Shown one piece after another: positions 62,582 through 64,000 of a stretch of DNA of 64,000 nucleotides. Source of the stretch: Mustelus asterias (Eukaryota); contig NC_135808.1 in the NCBI RefSeq assembly GCF_964213995.1, positions 39,866,001 to 39,930,000 of the forward strand, in the 5' to 3' direction. Both the position numbers and the translations under genes were made by a program. The notes under the pieces are model-generated. The model had not been told where the DNA came from and did no database searches. It was given only the letters and a program-made list of their open reading frames with translations. The number at the start of each line of letters is the position of its first letter. The stretch's first letter is position 1.

Positions 62582-62906
62582 TCATAGAATCAAAGAACCC
62601 CTACAGTGCAGAAAGAGGCCATTTGCCTTATCGAGCCTGCACGGACAATAAGCCCACCCAGGCCATATCACCGTAACCCGCATATTTTCCCTGCTAATCC
62701 CCCTGACACGAAGGGGCAGTTGAGCATGGCCAATCCACCTAACCTGCACATCTTTGGAGTGTGGGAAGAAACGGTACCATCCGGAGAAAACCCACACACA
62801 GTGAGAACGAGCAAACTCCACACAAACATTCACCCAAACGTTAAAACGAACCTTGGTCCCTGGCGCTGTGAGGCATCAATGCTAACCACCGTGCCACTGT
62901 GCCAAC
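62582..62906 (-). mobile_element. HE1-like V-SINE
   Basis: Reverse of the SINE head, V-domain and CR1 tail. Confidence 0.9.
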
Positions 62907-62932
62907 CTAAGTGTAAAATTAAAGCAAAAAAT

Positions 62933-64000
62933 ATAGTCATAGAGTCATAAAGGTTTACAGCATGGAAACAGGCCGTTCGGCCCAACTTGTACATGCCACC
63001 CTTTTTTTTCAACCCCAAAGCTAATCCCAATTGCCTGCATTTGGCCGATATCCCTCTATACCCATCTTACCCATGTAAATGTCTAAATGCTTTTTAAAAT
63101 ACAAAATTGTACCCGCCTCTACTACTACCTCTGGCAGCTTGTTCCAAACACTCACCACCCTCTGTGTGAAAACATTGCCCCTCTGGACACTTTTGTATCT
63201 CTCCCCTCTCACCTTAAACCTATGCCCTCTAGTTTAGACTGCCCTACCTTTGGGAAAAGATATTTACTATCAAGCTGATCTGTGCCCCTCACTATTTTAT
63301 AGACCTCTAAAAGACCACCCCTCAACCTTCTGCGCTCCAGAGAAAAAAGGCCCAGTCTACCTAGCCTCTCCTTATAACTCAAACCATCAAGTCCTGGTAG
63401 CATCCTAATAAATCTTTTCTGCACTCTTTCTCGTTTAATAATATCCTTTCTATGATAGGGTGACCAGAACTGTACACAGCATTCTAAGTGTGGCCTTACT
63501 CATGTCCTAAAGAACTTCAACAAGATGTCCCAACTCCTGTATTCAATGTTCTGACCGATGAAACCAAGCATGCTGGATGCCTTCTTCACCACTCTGTCCA
63601 CCTGTGACTCCACTTTAAAAGAGCTATGAACATGTACCCCTAAATCTCTTTGTTCTGTAACTCTACCCAATGCCCGACCATTAACTGAGTACGTCCTGCC
63701 CTGGTTCAATGTACCAAAATGCATCACCTCGCATTTATCTAAATTAAACTCCATTTGCCATTCGTCAACCCACTGGCCCAACTGATCAAGATCCTAATAC
63801 AACCGGAGATAACTTTCTTCACCATCCACTATGCCACCAATCATGGTATCATCTGCAAACTTACTAACCATGCCTCCTATATTCTCATCCAAATCATTAA
63901 TATAAATGACAAATAACAGTGGACCCGGCACTGATCCCTGAGGCACACCACTGGTCACAGGCCTCCAGTTTGAAAAACAACCCTCTGCAACCACCCTCTG
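62933..64000 (-). mobile_element. CR1 ORF2 3' part (continues beyond the window)
   Basis: GVPQGSV.GP, KFADD, FTQRVV; (GTCATAGA)n tail. Confidence 0.95.

Overview
Eukaryotic, repeat-dense DNA, most likely from a cartilaginous fish (shark); this is inferred from the HE1-like V-SINEs and the CR1-clade LINEs carrying an esterase ORF1. The only apparently intact host gene is a two-exon class A GPCR of the GPR139/GPR142-like type (exon 1 8575-8695, exon 2 10126-11036, 343 aa). Three decayed paralogues lie in the same orientation (about 17.3-18.2 kb, 23.4-23.8 kb, and 50.5 kb + 60.8-61.7 kb), forming a birth-and-death tandem cluster. The copies share promoter-proximal sequence, an intronic ~58-bp minisatellite and 3' flanks. 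The rest is transposable elements: a ~6.2-kb inverted pair of Harbinger-type Myb/SANT gene units, about ten CR1 LINE copies (including a three-level nest with an uninterrupted 873-codon ORF2), Rex1/Babar-like and RTE-like LINE pieces, a solo LTR with a 4-bp TSD, a Penelope-like micro-insertion and several SINEs. Repeat boundaries were read by eye and are approximate unless a TSD or splice site is quoted. No database searches were run.
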